Source: a virus
Lineage: Duplodnaviria > Heunggongvirae > Uroviricota > Caudoviricetes
DNA length: 39,061 nucleotides
Reading direction: 5' to 3' (one strand)
Virus record (IMG/VR): IMGVR_UViG_3300020576_001727
Coordinates: 1 to 39,061 of that record
Shown: positions 16,929 through 26,738 of the stretch, piece by piece
Layout: each line of letters opens with the position of its first letter
Numbering within the stretch: position 1 is the stretch's first letter
Notes under the pieces: generated by a model
What the model was told of the DNA's origin: nothing
Databases searched by the model: none
What the model saw: only the letters and a program-made list of their open reading frames with translations
Made by a program: the position numbers and the translations under genes

Positions 16929-17855
16929 ATGAATATGATTAAGAATATGATGCTTGGAATTGCAGTTGCCATGTCTCTTTCGACATTCGCAACGACTCCC
17001 GTTTTGGCACAGTCCGAACCCGTCAAGGTTTGCACCGCTTCCAAGGGGGGAAATTATGAATATGTCGGCTTGAAGCTACAGGAAGCTTTGCGCGGACAGA
17101 CCGATATCGAAGTCGTCAATACAGCCGGTTCTTGGGACAACCTTGAACGCATGGCACGCGGCGAATGTGATGCCGCTGTTGTCCAGTCCGACGCTCTTTA
17201 TGTCTATGGCAAGGAAGCCGGAAATCTGGATTACTTCAACCTTGGCGCACTCTACACCGAATATGTTCATCTTCTTTGCAACCGCAAGTCGGGTGTCGAG
17301 GAATGGGCTGATTTGAACAAGAACACGAAGGTCTTTTCTGGCGGACGTGGTTCCGGTGCAGACGTAACGGCACGCGGTCTTATTCAGGCTGACGCGGAAT
17401 TTGGAAACAAGTCCTATGTGGGCGTTCCTCTCTTGAACGAACAGAATCCGGACGTTTCCTTGATGAAGGTCAAGGGTGGCGCGGCTGAATGCCTTGTGTA
17501 TGTGGGTTCCAAGGGAAACAAGTTCATGGGAACCAATGCACAGAAGCTTGCCAATGATCTTGTCTTGCGCCCGGTTGAAGACAAGGATTTCAATGACGTG
17601 ACTCTTACCGATGATAATGGAGTTACAATGTCAGTCTGGACTCCGGTTGAAATGCCTTATTCAACCTATGAAAAATTGATGCCTACCGGTGTCTTTGGTC
17701 GAAAGGACGTTCCTACCATTGGCGTGACGGCAATGTTGATTGTCTCTTCCAACTTGGTCGAACAGAATCCGGATGCCTATGCAGCAATCGGTTTCGGTAT
17801 CGAGGATGCCGTCAAGGTGGTTCGCGCCGACAAGAAGGTCGAACTGGTTCAGTAA
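16929..17855 (+). CDS. TAXI-family TRAP transporter solute-binding protein
   Basis: Signal peptide; TAS.GG.Y; T.GS.DNL...GE.D.AVVQSD; LY.EYVHL; GSG. Confidence 0.85.
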   Translation: MNMIKNMMLGIAVAMSLSTFATTPVLAQSEPVKVCTASKGGNYEYVGLKLQEALRGQTDIEVVNTAGSWDNLERMARGECDAAVVQSDALYVYGKEAGNLDYFNLGALYTEYVHLLCNRKSGVEEWADLNKNTKVFSGGRGSGADVTARGLIQADAEFGNKSYVGVPLLNEQNPDVSLMKVKGGAAECLVYVGSKGNKFMGTNAQKLANDLVLRPVEDKDFNDVTLTDDNGVTMSVWTPVEMPYSTYEKLMPTGVFGRKDVPTIGVTAMLIVSSNLVEQNPDAYAAIGFGIEDAVKVVRADKKVELVQ

Positions 17856-17878
17856 TCCTGAACAAAATCAATAACTTG

Positions 17879-17910
17879 TGAGGGGGTTGTTATGACTCCC
17901 TCATTTTTCT
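17879..17910 (+). terminator. Intrinsic terminator
   Basis: TGAGGGGGTT...GACTCCCTCA followed by a T-rich tract. Confidence 0.7.
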
Positions 17911-17926
17911 TAGGAAGGATATAAAA

Positions 17927-18208
17927 ATGACTTGGTTTCTGATTTGGATTGTGATTGGTGCTGTTTCCGGTTTTGCCTTGATGTATGAATCGGCATCGCC
18001 CGGAGAGAACATTCGATTGGTTAGTTTCCTTGGTGCTGTTATTGTTGGTGCTGTTTGCGGACCCGGGACACTTGGAGTTTGGTTGATGTTCAAATTCCGT
18101 GATGCCTTTGATTGGTTTCTCGAAAGATATGGCAACGTTGTCCTGTTCACCAAGAAAGGCGAAAAGAAACCAATGACTGGCGTGTATGAGGAAAAATATG
18201 ATGATTGA
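17927..18208 (+). CDS. Membrane protein
   Basis: Two hydrophobic helices; AAGGA RBS. Confidence 0.65.
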   Translation: MTWFLIWIVIGAVSGFALMYESASPGENIRLVSFLGAVIVGAVCGPGTLGVWLMFKFRDAFDWFLERYGNVVLFTKKGEKKPMTGVYEEKYDD

Positions 18209-18440
18209 GATTTACACTAAAGAAAACTGTATCTTTTGCACAAGAGCGAAAGAGTTCTTTGCAAAAAATGCAATTAAGTATCAGGAATATAAGTTGGGAA
18301 TCGATTTCACTCCAATAGAACTGAAATCCCGTCTTGGCGTCTCTCCCGATCAAAAAATCACGATGCCTCAAATTTTTGTCAATAATAAATCTGTCGGTGG
18401 TTACGATGATATCGTTGACAAACCCGGATTGTTTGTGTAG
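18198..18440 (+). CDS. Glutaredoxin (NrdC/NrdH-like)
   Basis: IYTK..CIFC..AK, TMPQIF, VGGYDD. Confidence 0.9.
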   Translation: MMIEIYTKENCIFCTRAKEFFAKNAIKYQEYKLGIDFTPIELKSRLGVSPDQKITMPQIFVNNKSVGGYDDIVDKPGLFV

Positions 18441-18471
18441 GATACCGCTATACGAAACATGGAAATAGAGC

Positions 18472-19077
18472 ATGTCTGATATCATTACCATCGATAATTT
18501 GGAAGAGACTTTCAAGAAATATTCCGGAACCGATACGCTTCGCCAGTTTTTCGGGCGTTGCATGGTGACGATTTCAAACGAAAATGTATGGGCGGCAGGA
18601 GACTCGGACGGGTCGATTACAGCCAATTATTTCAGAAAACACAAAACAACTGCCGATTGGCAAATCCAGAAATGGACCGTTCCGACCTTTATTGATCAGA
18701 ATGGACAGAAGCGAATGAGAATTTGTCGCTATGTCGGCATTCTGAACAAGGCTGCATTAGCCAAGGCAGCCGCATCTGCGAATATCAATCAGATCACCGG
18801 AAAGAATTTTGTCTTGACCGGTTCTTTAGCAGGAGGAACACGTTCTGTCGCTTCCGATTTGATTGTTCGGGCAGGAGGATATGTCCAGTCGGCTGTTTCA
18901 AAGAAAACCGATTATGTAGTGACCAATGATCAAAGCGCATTAACCGTCGCTTCCTCGCGACCTTTGGGACTGACAGATAAATTGAGAGAAGCTCTAAATT
19001 ATGGAGTCGAAATTGTTGGCGAAACCAAATTTGCAAAAATGATGAAGGACGCTGGTTATAATTGGAATTATAAATGA
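18472..19077 (+). CDS. Paralogue of the 14070 protein fused to a LigA-type BRCT domain
   Basis: GKNFVLTGSL...R..A...I...GG.V.SAVSKKTDYVV...K..A..GV.I..E. Confidence 0.8.
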   Translation: MSDIITIDNLEETFKKYSGTDTLRQFFGRCMVTISNENVWAAGDSDGSITANYFRKHKTTADWQIQKWTVPTFIDQNGQKRMRICRYVGILNKAALAKAAASANINQITGKNFVLTGSLAGGTRSVASDLIVRAGGYVQSAVSKKTDYVVTNDQSALTVASSRPLGLTDKLREALNYGVEIVGETKFAKMMKDAGYNWNYK

Positions 19078-19382
19078 ACACACTCGTTTTTGATCGGGAT
19101 CAATCTAGGATATTCATTTGGAATAAAAATATAGAATCCTTGGTTGCATTCCGATCATACGTCAAAACGATTCACAACAATTACGATCTGGCGAACAAAT
19201 TCACGAAAATCGAAATTTGTTCGCCATTAACCGGCAATGTCATGACATTCAAATTTGTCGAGTATCGCCCGGGTTTCGGAACAAGATATGAAACTGAAGG
19301 GGAAGACGGAACAAAAATCAGTCTTTGGATAGGATTTTTCCAAACAGATTTCGAGAGTCTTGACAATGAAGGAAATCCCTGA
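19074..19382 (+). CDS. Hypothetical protein
   Basis: ATGA-coupled ORF. Confidence 0.55.
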   Translation: MNTLVFDRDQSRIFIWNKNIESLVAFRSYVKTIHNNYDLANKFTKIEICSPLTGNVMTFKFVEYRPGFGTRYETEGEDGTKISLWIGFFQTDFESLDNEGNP

Positions 19383-19415
19383 TAGCCTGAAAAAAGATAG
19401 AAGGGGAAGAATCAC

Positions 19416-20405
19416 ATGTCTTTGGCATCATTAACGTTTCATCGAAAAGCATACGGAAGCGAACCCAAGCCAAGAGAATCTCGAACGATTGAGCCGATTG
19501 GAAAGCTTGAACTGATTCGACTTCTGAATTGGTATAATGCGTGCAAGGAAACGGATGACGCCAAGCAATACGTCTTGGACATGTTTCCGGATCGTGCCAA
19601 GGAAATTTCCAAAGTCGATCCTTTCGAATTGCGTTCGATGGGCTGGACGTTCCGCATGGTTTCGCGTGGTTTCCATATCGACTCGGAAATCATCGAAAAG
19701 CTGAAAAAGCAACTCGATACTCTCATTGAAAAGGCTACCAAGCCGAAAGAGGAAGATGTTGTTTCGGAAGCGAAGTTGGACGATTACCGCGCCAACACGA
19801 CCGAAAATTTTCTGACAGACGTAAAGGAAATGTTGGAACACAAATTCGACATTTCCTACATCAAGAAATATGTGGTGAGTCAGATCAATTGGCTGAAGTC
19901 GAAAGATACGGCTGGTGCCAAGAAGGCTCTTGATCGCTACTATCGATTTGCTGAAAAGCATCCACTCTTGGCTAATCTGGAAAACGCCAAGCCGGAAGTG
20001 GTTCGCAAGCCGCGCAAGCCTCGCAAGAAAAAGATCAAGTCGCCGGAAGTGATCGCCAAATCCTTCAATTACAAGGAAGACGATACGGCTCTTGGCTTGA
20101 AGTCGCTAAAGCCGACTGCTATCATCGGAGTAATGGAAGTTTGGACCTATAACACGGAAAAGCGGTTGCTGACCCGGTATGTGTCCAAGGACAAGCCTCT
20201 TGAAATCAAGGGGACAACCATCCTGAATTATGACGAAAAGCTATCCGGCACGAAGAAAGTTCGAAAGCCGGAAGTGATCCTTCCCATGTTGATGAATCAG
20301 ACAAAGGTAGGAACCCGCAAGGTCTATGAATCGATCAAGGCGATTGCAAGTGAACCGTCCTCTAGGACAAGCAAGGAAACTCTGATTTTGAAGGTGTATA
20401 AGTGA
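19416..20405 (+). CDS. Conserved T4-like hypothetical protein
   Basis: LNWYN; LKS.KP..IIG..VW.YNT.KR.L..Y; KGTTI..YD...S..K..RKPE. Confidence 0.75.
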   Translation: MSLASLTFHRKAYGSEPKPRESRTIEPIGKLELIRLLNWYNACKETDDAKQYVLDMFPDRAKEISKVDPFELRSMGWTFRMVSRGFHIDSEIIEKLKKQLDTLIEKATKPKEEDVVSEAKLDDYRANTTENFLTDVKEMLEHKFDISYIKKYVVSQINWLKSKDTAGAKKALDRYYRFAEKHPLLANLENAKPEVVRKPRKPRKKKIKSPEVIAKSFNYKEDDTALGLKSLKPTAIIGVMEVWTYNTEKRLLTRYVSKDKPLEIKGTTILNYDEKLSGTKKVRKPEVILPMLMNQTKVGTRKVYESIKAIASEPSSRTSKETLILKVYK

Positions 20406-20791
20406 TGATAAAAGAATTTGACAGACAGGAAATTTTTAATAAGGCTTATCTCGGATTGAAATCACAAGGATTTCAACGTTCGTTTGGTTCATATTTTGTT
20501 GAAAAAATTCCAAATGTGGGTTGTCTTTATCGCGGTCCAAATGGCAGAAAATGTGCTGTTGGGCATCTTATTCCAGACGAAGCCTATTCCGAAACGTTGG
20601 AAGGAAGACGCGCCGATTCTTTATTGGTTGTTTCGGCGATGGGTTTTTGTGCCGTAAACGTAATCGATGGCGCTGGAGATTTTTTGACAAAACTTCAAAG
20701 GTGTCACGATGAATGCGAAGAACCAGAAACGATGAAAAACAATCTGATAGATTTTGCCCGTTCTCATAACCTGACAGTTCCGGAGGATTAA
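20402..20791 (+). CDS. Conserved phage protein (putative metal-binding)
   Basis: CLYRGPNGRKCAVG.LIPD..Y...EG...LQ..HD. Confidence 0.7.
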   Translation: MMIKEFDRQEIFNKAYLGLKSQGFQRSFGSYFVEKIPNVGCLYRGPNGRKCAVGHLIPDEAYSETLEGRRADSLLVVSAMGFCAVNVIDGAGDFLTKLQRCHDECEEPETMKNNLIDFARSHNLTVPED

Positions 20792-20793
20792 TC

Positions 20794-21456
20794 ATGAGCT
20801 ATCGAATTCATCGTGTCATGGGTTGGGGAATGCCTTGGAATGATTTCGAGGCTACTACTCTTCTGGATTGTGAAGCGCACGAAACCAATGAAGCTTTGTA
20901 TAACTTGATGGATAAATCTGATCCGAAAAAGTTCGTCATTCCGAAAAAAGTTATTTCAGAAACTTGGAAGACGAAAAACGTTCCATCCATTCTCACCACA
21001 AATATTCTTGAACGAAAGTTCAACTTTGGACCGGGGAGAAAGAAGCGGGATATTGGACCGGCAACCGATTTGTATGATATCGTTTCGTCTCCTGACAGGA
21101 ATTATGATATCGTGTTTTTTCCAAATCTCAATTATCGAGAGAAATGGCATCGATGGGACGATGATATGGATTATGCTTTTGAACAGTGGCGAGGGGACGA
21201 TCTAACTCGGAAGAACGATGATGGTCCAAGAGAATTTACCAAATATCTTCCATATGGCTTCTATCCATATACCACCTTCCTAATGTTGGAAGATGGGACT
21301 CCGGTTGAATGGGAACCGTTTTGGGTGTTGCAGAATCGTCCTGTTATTGTTCCGGCAGTTCCATCCGAAATCCGTTGGTGGACCAAAAATCTTGGCATCT
21401 TCGATGATGCAGGAGTGAACAAACTACGTCCCGTAATCGCTCAATATTGGTGCTGA
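20794..21456 (+). CDS. Hypothetical protein
   Basis: 220 aa, GGAGG RBS. Confidence 0.7.
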   Translation: MSYRIHRVMGWGMPWNDFEATTLLDCEAHETNEALYNLMDKSDPKKFVIPKKVISETWKTKNVPSILTTNILERKFNFGPGRKKRDIGPATDLYDIVSSPDRNYDIVFFPNLNYREKWHRWDDDMDYAFEQWRGDDLTRKNDDGPREFTKYLPYGFYPYTTFLMLEDGTPVEWEPFWVLQNRPVIVPAVPSEIRWWTKNLGIFDDAGVNKLRPVIAQYWC

Positions 21457-21457
21457 A

Positions 21458-21682
21458 ATGATATTAACCGAAAAACAATTAGAACATATGATTCGACGCT
21501 TCCTTCAATGGAAGCTTCCGGAAGATTTTAATCCAGATGGTGGAATTGTATTCGAGAGATATTTCAATGTGAATACGCCTTGGCCAAGGAAAGCCGAACC
21601 GGTCGGAACTAATCTTTTTGATTACAATCAAACTAAAGCTATGATTTTGCATATGCTTGAAGAAATTGATGATGAAAAATAA
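21458..21682 (+). CDS. Conserved small phage protein
   Basis: RFL.WKLP.DF.PDGGI.F...P.GTNL. Confidence 0.7.
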   Translation: MILTEKQLEHMIRRFLQWKLPEDFNPDGGIVFERYFNVNTPWPRKAEPVGTNLFDYNQTKAMILHMLEEIDDEK

Positions 21683-22440
21683 TTTTTCATAGATTGTGAT
21701 ATTTTGGCTTTTTGTTCTTCACTCACTTTTCTGTTTCTAGCGGCTTCTGATAGTTTACGTTTGTGTTCTTCACTAAATGGTGGTCTCTTTTTGCCTTTGC
21801 CGATTAGTGATAATTTGATTTTGGTTTCTTCTGTGTGTGGTCTAATCTTTCCGGTATTACCAAGAGCAATTTTTCTTTTGGTTTCTTCCGAATGAGTTTT
21901 GCCTCGTTTAGATGCTGCCATATTTTCGCGCTGTTCTTCAGAGAAGGTGTGTTTTTTACCAAAGTTTGCGTTGAGTTCACCGACTCTGGTTTTGGCTATT
22001 TCAGATAATTTTCGTTTTTGTTCCTCTGATTTGGGAATGCCAAAATGTGGACTATTTTTCCCACTACAATATTTCTCAAACCATTCAATTCTTTTTCTTT
22101 CGTAATATTTGGAATTTTTGTAGTATGTCCGCCGTTGATTTTTGGATTTAGTTTTGAGCATCATATTCACTGCATGAATCATTTTTGCTTTGTCAACACC
22201 GAAAAAACATTCTTTCAGTAATAGATGCGCGATGAAGTGTTCTCTATAAGTGAGTCTCACCAAATTCCATTTATTTTTTCGAAAATTAGAATATTGAGGA
22301 AACATTTTCCGAGGTAATATATGATGATTTTCTGCATAACCTAAATCTCGCATACCCAAATTTTGGATATGTGTGACGAATTTCAGATAACGGTTAATAT
22401 AATGAGTGTTATGTGGGGTGGAATAAATATCTTGTATCAT
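21628..22440 (-). mobile_element. Free-standing HNH homing endonuclease with NUMOD3 repeats, inserted upstream of rnh
   Basis: ENHHILPR...NLVRLTYREHFIAHLLL; repeated H/SEE.KRK.S; only convincing minus-strand gene; AT-rich. Confidence 0.9.
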
Positions 22441-22468
22441 ACTGGTATATATGTAAAAGGAATTTGAA

Positions 22469-23326
22469 ATGTGTCTGCTATTAGATTACAACCAAGCCAT
22501 GTTAACTTCTGTCATTCACTCCTATAACAAGGTGCAAGTGACGGAAGAGTTTCTTTATGGAAGCTTCCTGAATCGCATTCGGGAAATCAACAAGAAATAT
22601 CGAAACGTCTATGGTGATTTGGTTATCTGTTGCGAGGGAATGAAGTCGTGGCGGAAGGACTTCTTCCAATTTTACAAAGCCAAGCGCAAACAGGCGCGGG
22701 ATGACTCATATCTGGATTGGCCATTGATCTTGCGAGTGATGAACCGCTTTCGAGACGATCTGATTGATAATTTCCCCTATTCGGTCATGCAGATTGACGA
22801 AGCTGAAGGCGATGATACCATTGCCGTCTTGGTGAAGCATTTCCATGAAAATGAGAAGATTCTGATATTTTCAGGAGACGGCGATTTTGCCCAACTCCAC
22901 AAATATCCAAACGTCGCTCAATATTCGCCTATCGCCAAGAAATTTCTTAAGTTTTCCAATCCCGATCAGGAGTTGAAAGAGAAGATCATTCGAGGCGATT
23001 CCGGGGATGGTGTTCCCAACATTTTGTCCAATGACAACATCTTTCTTTTGGAAGGAATCAAGCAAAATCGAATTTCGACTGCCAAGTTTGATGCTTGGAT
23101 GAAACAAAAGCCGGTTGATTTCTGCACAACCGAAGAAATGAGTCGCAATTGGATACGAAACGAGACACTTATCGACTTCGATTATATTCCGGCTGTTGTC
23201 GAAAACAAAATCATGTCTGAATATCAAGTGCAACTAAATAGACCAAGGAAGGGAAAGGATCAAATCCTGAACTTTCTAATCAACAAAGGCTTGACCAATT
23301 TTATCTCCGACTTACAGGATTTCTAA
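22469..23326 (+). CDS. rnh: T4 RNase H-like 5'-3' exonuclease
   Basis: LLDYNQ, SWRK.FF..YKA.RK, AEGDD.IA, I.SGDGDF.QL, GD.GDGVPN. Confidence 0.93.
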   Translation: MCLLLDYNQAMLTSVIHSYNKVQVTEEFLYGSFLNRIREINKKYRNVYGDLVICCEGMKSWRKDFFQFYKAKRKQARDDSYLDWPLILRVMNRFRDDLIDNFPYSVMQIDEAEGDDTIAVLVKHFHENEKILIFSGDGDFAQLHKYPNVAQYSPIAKKFLKFSNPDQELKEKIIRGDSGDGVPNILSNDNIFLLEGIKQNRISTAKFDAWMKQKPVDFCTTEEMSRNWIRNETLIDFDYIPAVVENKIMSEYQVQLNRPRKGKDQILNFLINKGLTNFISDLQDF

Positions 23327-23769
23327 TGAAATTTGACAAATACGTTTCCGAAATTTATGACTTGCTGGAAAAGGCAAAAACCGATGATGAACGTGTAAAC
23401 ATCTTGATCGACAACCATAACAAGGAAATCGAAACAACTCTGTATTACACATTCGCTCCCGAAATCGAATTCTTCACCAATGAAGAACCGACCTATAAGA
23501 AGAACAAGTTCGATCCCGATTTGGGTATTATTCCTTACAATGCCGCTTTGGGTATCAGCTATTTGTTCATCAAAAATCATCCAAAAGCCGCAAATGGTTT
23601 GACCGATGCCAAGCGCAAGACTCTTCTAATCCAGACATTGGAGGAAATGGGAGGGAAAGAAGCGCAAGCGTTTATGAGTATGATCCTGAAAAAGCCGGGA
23701 ACACCTTCCCTGACAAGAGAAATTGTCAAGCGTGCATATCCAAAACTGTTACCAGATAAGGTCGAATGA
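23326..23769 (+). CDS. Conserved T4-like protein downstream of rnh (DUF6433-like)
   Basis: SEI...K...Y.F...KR..L.IQ.LE....EA.....K...LT..V..AYP.L. Confidence 0.7.
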   Translation: MKFDKYVSEIYDLLEKAKTDDERVNILIDNHNKEIETTLYYTFAPEIEFFTNEEPTYKKNKFDPDLGIIPYNAALGISYLFIKNHPKAANGLTDAKRKTLLIQTLEEMGGKEAQAFMSMILKKPGTPSLTREIVKRAYPKLLPDKVE

Positions 23770-24140
23770 TGCCGCTAATTCCAATTGCTATTTTAGCTTG
23801 GTTCAAGAACAACATCAAATGGGTGGTTATCGGTCTAGCGGTAGCCGCTATTTCGTTTGGTGCTTGGCGCTATACCAAGTTGGTCGAAAACTATGCCAAG
23901 GCTGAACAGCAAATTGTTCTTTTAAATCAAAATATTAAAGACAAAGAAAAGGCTTTGCAATTCGAACGAGACAAAGCCGCTCTTTCAGAACAGGCTATCG
24001 AGGATTTGACTAAACAGAACGATCAATTGGAAGCCGATTTGGACAAGATTGCGGAAAATCTCCCGGACGATGCTAATCAACTGGCACCAGAATCCATTCG
24101 AGAAATTCTGAAAAGATTACAAGGTTTAACCAATGATTAA
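23766..24140 (+). CDS. Inner-membrane spanin (Rz-like)
   Basis: N-terminal TM + long coiled coil; overlaps a lipoprotein gene. Confidence 0.7.
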   Translation: MMPLIPIAILAWFKNNIKWVVIGLAVAAISFGAWRYTKLVENYAKAEQQIVLLNQNIKDKEKALQFERDKAALSEQAIEDLTKQNDQLEADLDKIAENLPDDANQLAPESIREILKRLQGLTND

Positions 24141-24438
24141 GAAATTTCTAATGATTGCAATGGCTTGTTTGGTATTATCGGCTGCATCCTGTCAACCAGA
24201 GAAGCAATTGCTGAATCGAGACGTGTTCGTCGCGGTCGTGCCACCGGAAGCACTCTATAACTGCCCACAAGTGAAGAAAGTTCAATTTCCAGACCCGGAA
24301 AAGGCAACCAACAAGGAAGTATCTGAATTCATTGCTCTTTTGTATTCATACAATCGCCAATGTGGTATTTCGATGAAGGAAATCCGCAAATGGGTAAAAG
24401 ACGCTAAGAAATTGATTGAAGAACAAAATAAGGCTTGA
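24133..24438 (+). CDS. Outer-membrane lipoprotein spanin (Rz1-like)
   Basis: Lipobox-like LSAASC; Pro-rich segment; paired Cys. Confidence 0.7.
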   Translation: MIKKFLMIAMACLVLSAASCQPEKQLLNRDVFVAVVPPEALYNCPQVKKVQFPDPEKATNKEVSEFIALLYSYNRQCGISMKEIRKWVKDAKKLIEEQNKA

Positions 24439-24462
24439 CATTTCCTTCCGTTCTGATATCTT
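24435..24462 (+). promoter_or_regulatory. Sigma70-type promoter
   Basis: TTGACA-16-TATCTT with TG extension. Confidence 0.6.
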
Positions 24463-24491
24463 TCATATAGATTCAGAAATTGGAGTGTCGA

Positions 24492-24710
24492 ATGCTCAAT
24501 CTCGAATGGGAAACCATTAGCGAAAAGTATATTGGGTTGAAGAATTTTTCGGACTGTCTTGTCCGAACCATTCCTTCCCCGGACGGACGTTTTATGTGGC
24601 AGTTTCGTAAGGTCGTTTCTTGGGCTGATACGGTCGAGGAAGCCAAGGCTTTTGTCGAAGCTGGCATGGAATATTTCAGTGTAATGAAACGAAATCCTTA
24701 TAAACCATGA
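24492..24710 (+). CDS. Hypothetical protein
   Basis: GGAG RBS. Confidence 0.6.
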   Translation: MLNLEWETISEKYIGLKNFSDCLVRTIPSPDGRFMWQFRKVVSWADTVEEAKAFVEAGMEYFSVMKRNPYKP

Positions 24711-24898
24711 TCAAACATGTTCCTCATTGGAAACCGTTAGGTAACGATATTGTTGATAGAAAACTATTGATGCGGTCAAAAGAAACCGCTCCCAATGGTC
24801 GAAAGATAGTATCAGCCGGGATAGTGGATTCGAAAACGGGCGAAATCAAAGAATGGTTTTATCCAAATTATACACCTGTTGAATATTGGACATTTTAG
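24707..24898 (+). CDS. Hypothetical protein
   Basis: ATGA-coupled. Confidence 0.55.
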   Translation: MIKHVPHWKPLGNDIVDRKLLMRSKETAPNGRKIVSAGIVDSKTGEIKEWFYPNYTPVEYWTF

Positions 24899-24910
24899 GA
24901 GTGAATATTA

Positions 24911-25405
24911 ATGATTAAACCTTGGATTGCCGTCGATCTTGATTCGACTATTGCTAATTGTGATCATCGCCTCGTCCATATTCTGGACATGAAAACAGGC
25001 ATCAAACTTCCCAAAAATCAGCGAAGCTATACAAAGTTCTATCAGAACTGTATTGCCGACACGCCTATCGACTTCATGATCGAATTCCTGTCTGATCGAT
25101 ATCCGCGCGATATGTTCGATTGGGTGTTCATTACCGGGCGTCCAGAGAAGATGCGCGCGGAAACTGTCGAATGGTTGGTTACTTACCTTGGCTATGAATC
25201 GCCTACCTTTAGCCTGTATATGAGGCAGGAAGGCGATAGCCGGGTTGATGGCGTAACCAAGGGCGAACTAATGGACGGTGCGATTGCAGACCTTGGAAGC
25301 GTTCCAGTGGCGTGCTTTGATGACCGCAAGTCGGTTATCGACTCATGGCGCGCTAAGGGATTGAACGTGCATGATGTAAAGGAACTGGCGAGGGATTTGA
25401 TATGA
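24911..25405 (+). CDS. Stand-alone HAD 3'-phosphatase domain of polynucleotide kinase (PseT C-terminal half)
   Basis: VDLDST.A, ITGRPE, T..WL, MR..GD.R.D...K, FDDR. Confidence 0.85.
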   Translation: MIKPWIAVDLDSTIANCDHRLVHILDMKTGIKLPKNQRSYTKFYQNCIADTPIDFMIEFLSDRYPRDMFDWVFITGRPEKMRAETVEWLVTYLGYESPTFSLYMRQEGDSRVDGVTKGELMDGAIADLGSVPVACFDDRKSVIDSWRAKGLNVHDVKELARDLI

Positions 25406-25465
25406 TAATCACAATTTTCATATCGTGTCTCGGAGTAATGTTCATTGCCGCATACGCATAGGCTG

Positions 25466-25513
25466 TTGACAAAGGTTAGATAATCAATTATATTACTCTC
25501 GAAACAGGAGAGT
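25466..25513 (+). promoter_or_regulatory. Sigma70 promoter with a short RBS-covering hairpin
   Basis: TTGACA-17-TATATT; ACTCTC-GAAACAG-GAGAGT. Confidence 0.75.
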
Positions 25514-25518
25514 TTGTC

Positions 25519-25719
25519 ATGAACGTTATGCAGAAGGCTTGGGAAATCCACCGCAAGAATGCGTGGTTCCCGCTTCCGTTTGACCGCAAAGAATTCGCCA
25601 GTTGCCTTCGTTCCGCTCATTGGATTTTGAAGCAGGAACGCGAAGGCATTCACCACACAATTTCCGAAGAAGAACGCAAGCGCATTTCGATGGGTTCGAA
25701 CATGCGCCCATATCCATAA
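25519..25719 (+). CDS. Hypothetical early protein
   Basis: VM..AW.I.R....FA.CL..A motif; AGGAG RBS. Confidence 0.7.
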   Translation: MNVMQKAWEIHRKNAWFPLPFDRKEFASCLRSAHWILKQEREGIHHTISEEERKRISMGSNMRPYP

Positions 25720-25726
25720 GGTTATC

Positions 25727-26068
25727 ATGGTAAAAAGATATAAGAGTGTTTCCAATCAAATGATTGAAGACCCAACGGGTGATTGGGTTTCATTTCAAGA
25801 TTTCGAGAATGTTTCCGACTGTTTGCGTATCTGGTTTTCACTGGATACCGCCTCACTTCCCGCCGACGAATTGAACAAGACCGAAAGATATCGCAATTGC
25901 TTGATCGGCTTGCGGGATTTCCTGCAAAACCAGAAAGAATCCTGTTTTGGGTATGAACATTATACCAGACCGGACAGACCGGGATTTTCCTTCAACAAAT
26001 CCATTCGTGATGATATTATTAATGAAATAGAAAAGGTGATCAAAAATGACGAATCAGTTCGGTTATAA
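25727..26068 (+). CDS. Hypothetical protein
   Basis: M.ED..GDWV...D motif. Confidence 0.6.
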   Translation: MVKRYKSVSNQMIEDPTGDWVSFQDFENVSDCLRIWFSLDTASLPADELNKTERYRNCLIGLRDFLQNQKESCFGYEHYTRPDRPGFSFNKSIRDDIINEIEKVIKNDESVRL

Positions 26069-26735
26069 TCTTTCTCATACCGGCATTGGCATGATTTTGG
26101 CGGCAACTCTGACAGGACTTTCATATCTTGTCGGGCTTCAGGCGGGATGGATCGAATCTATCAATAACCTAGAAGTCTTTGCCGTTCTCACGTCATATCT
26201 CTGCACATATCTTTGTGTTGTCCAGTCCCGTTGGAACTATCCAATCGGAGTCGTGACAGTTGTTGCCTATGCATGGCTGTTCTATGAAGCTCAATTGCTT
26301 GCCTCAATGGCGTTGAACATCTATCTGGTAATTCCTCTGATCTATGGCTTCTGGCGTTGGGGAAGTCGTGTTGACAGTCTTAAGGTCACTCACCTAAAGC
26401 CCGATATCTGGTTGGTCGGCTATCTGGCAATCGTCTGTTTCGCCTATTACATCGGCACTCAAATCGTGTTCTACTTGGGTGGAACGATGCCTTGGGCGGA
26501 TGGGGTGATCCTGTTTGGTTCGATCTTCGCCCAACTCTTGCTTGACAACAAGAAAATCGAGACATGGGCGGTTTGGGCTATTGTCAACGTGTTCGCAATC
26601 TGGTTATATTCGACTCAAGGATTGTATCTGGTTGCCTTCCAATATGTGTTCTTCCTTGCCAATACCGGTTATGGAGCATATCAGTGGCACAAGACCATGA
26701 ACAATCAAAAGCCAATGGAAGTTTTTGGACGATAA
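26046..26735 (+). CDS. pnuC: Nicotinamide riboside transporter PnuC
   Basis: Multi-TM; WNYPIG, YGFWRW, AQ.LL..KKIE.W..W..VN, G..QW. Confidence 0.9.
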   Translation: MTNQFGYNLSHTGIGMILAATLTGLSYLVGLQAGWIESINNLEVFAVLTSYLCTYLCVVQSRWNYPIGVVTVVAYAWLFYEAQLLASMALNIYLVIPLIYGFWRWGSRVDSLKVTHLKPDIWLVGYLAIVCFAYYIGTQIVFYLGGTMPWADGVILFGSIFAQLLLDNKKIETWAVWAIVNVFAIWLYSTQGLYLVAFQYVFFLANTGYGAYQWHKTMNNQKPMEVFGR

Positions 26736-26738
26736 ATC

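Noticed and set aside
21690-22070. Repetitive TTCTTC/TTTTCG tracts
   Set aside because: Coding NUMOD3 repeats of the minus-strand HNH gene
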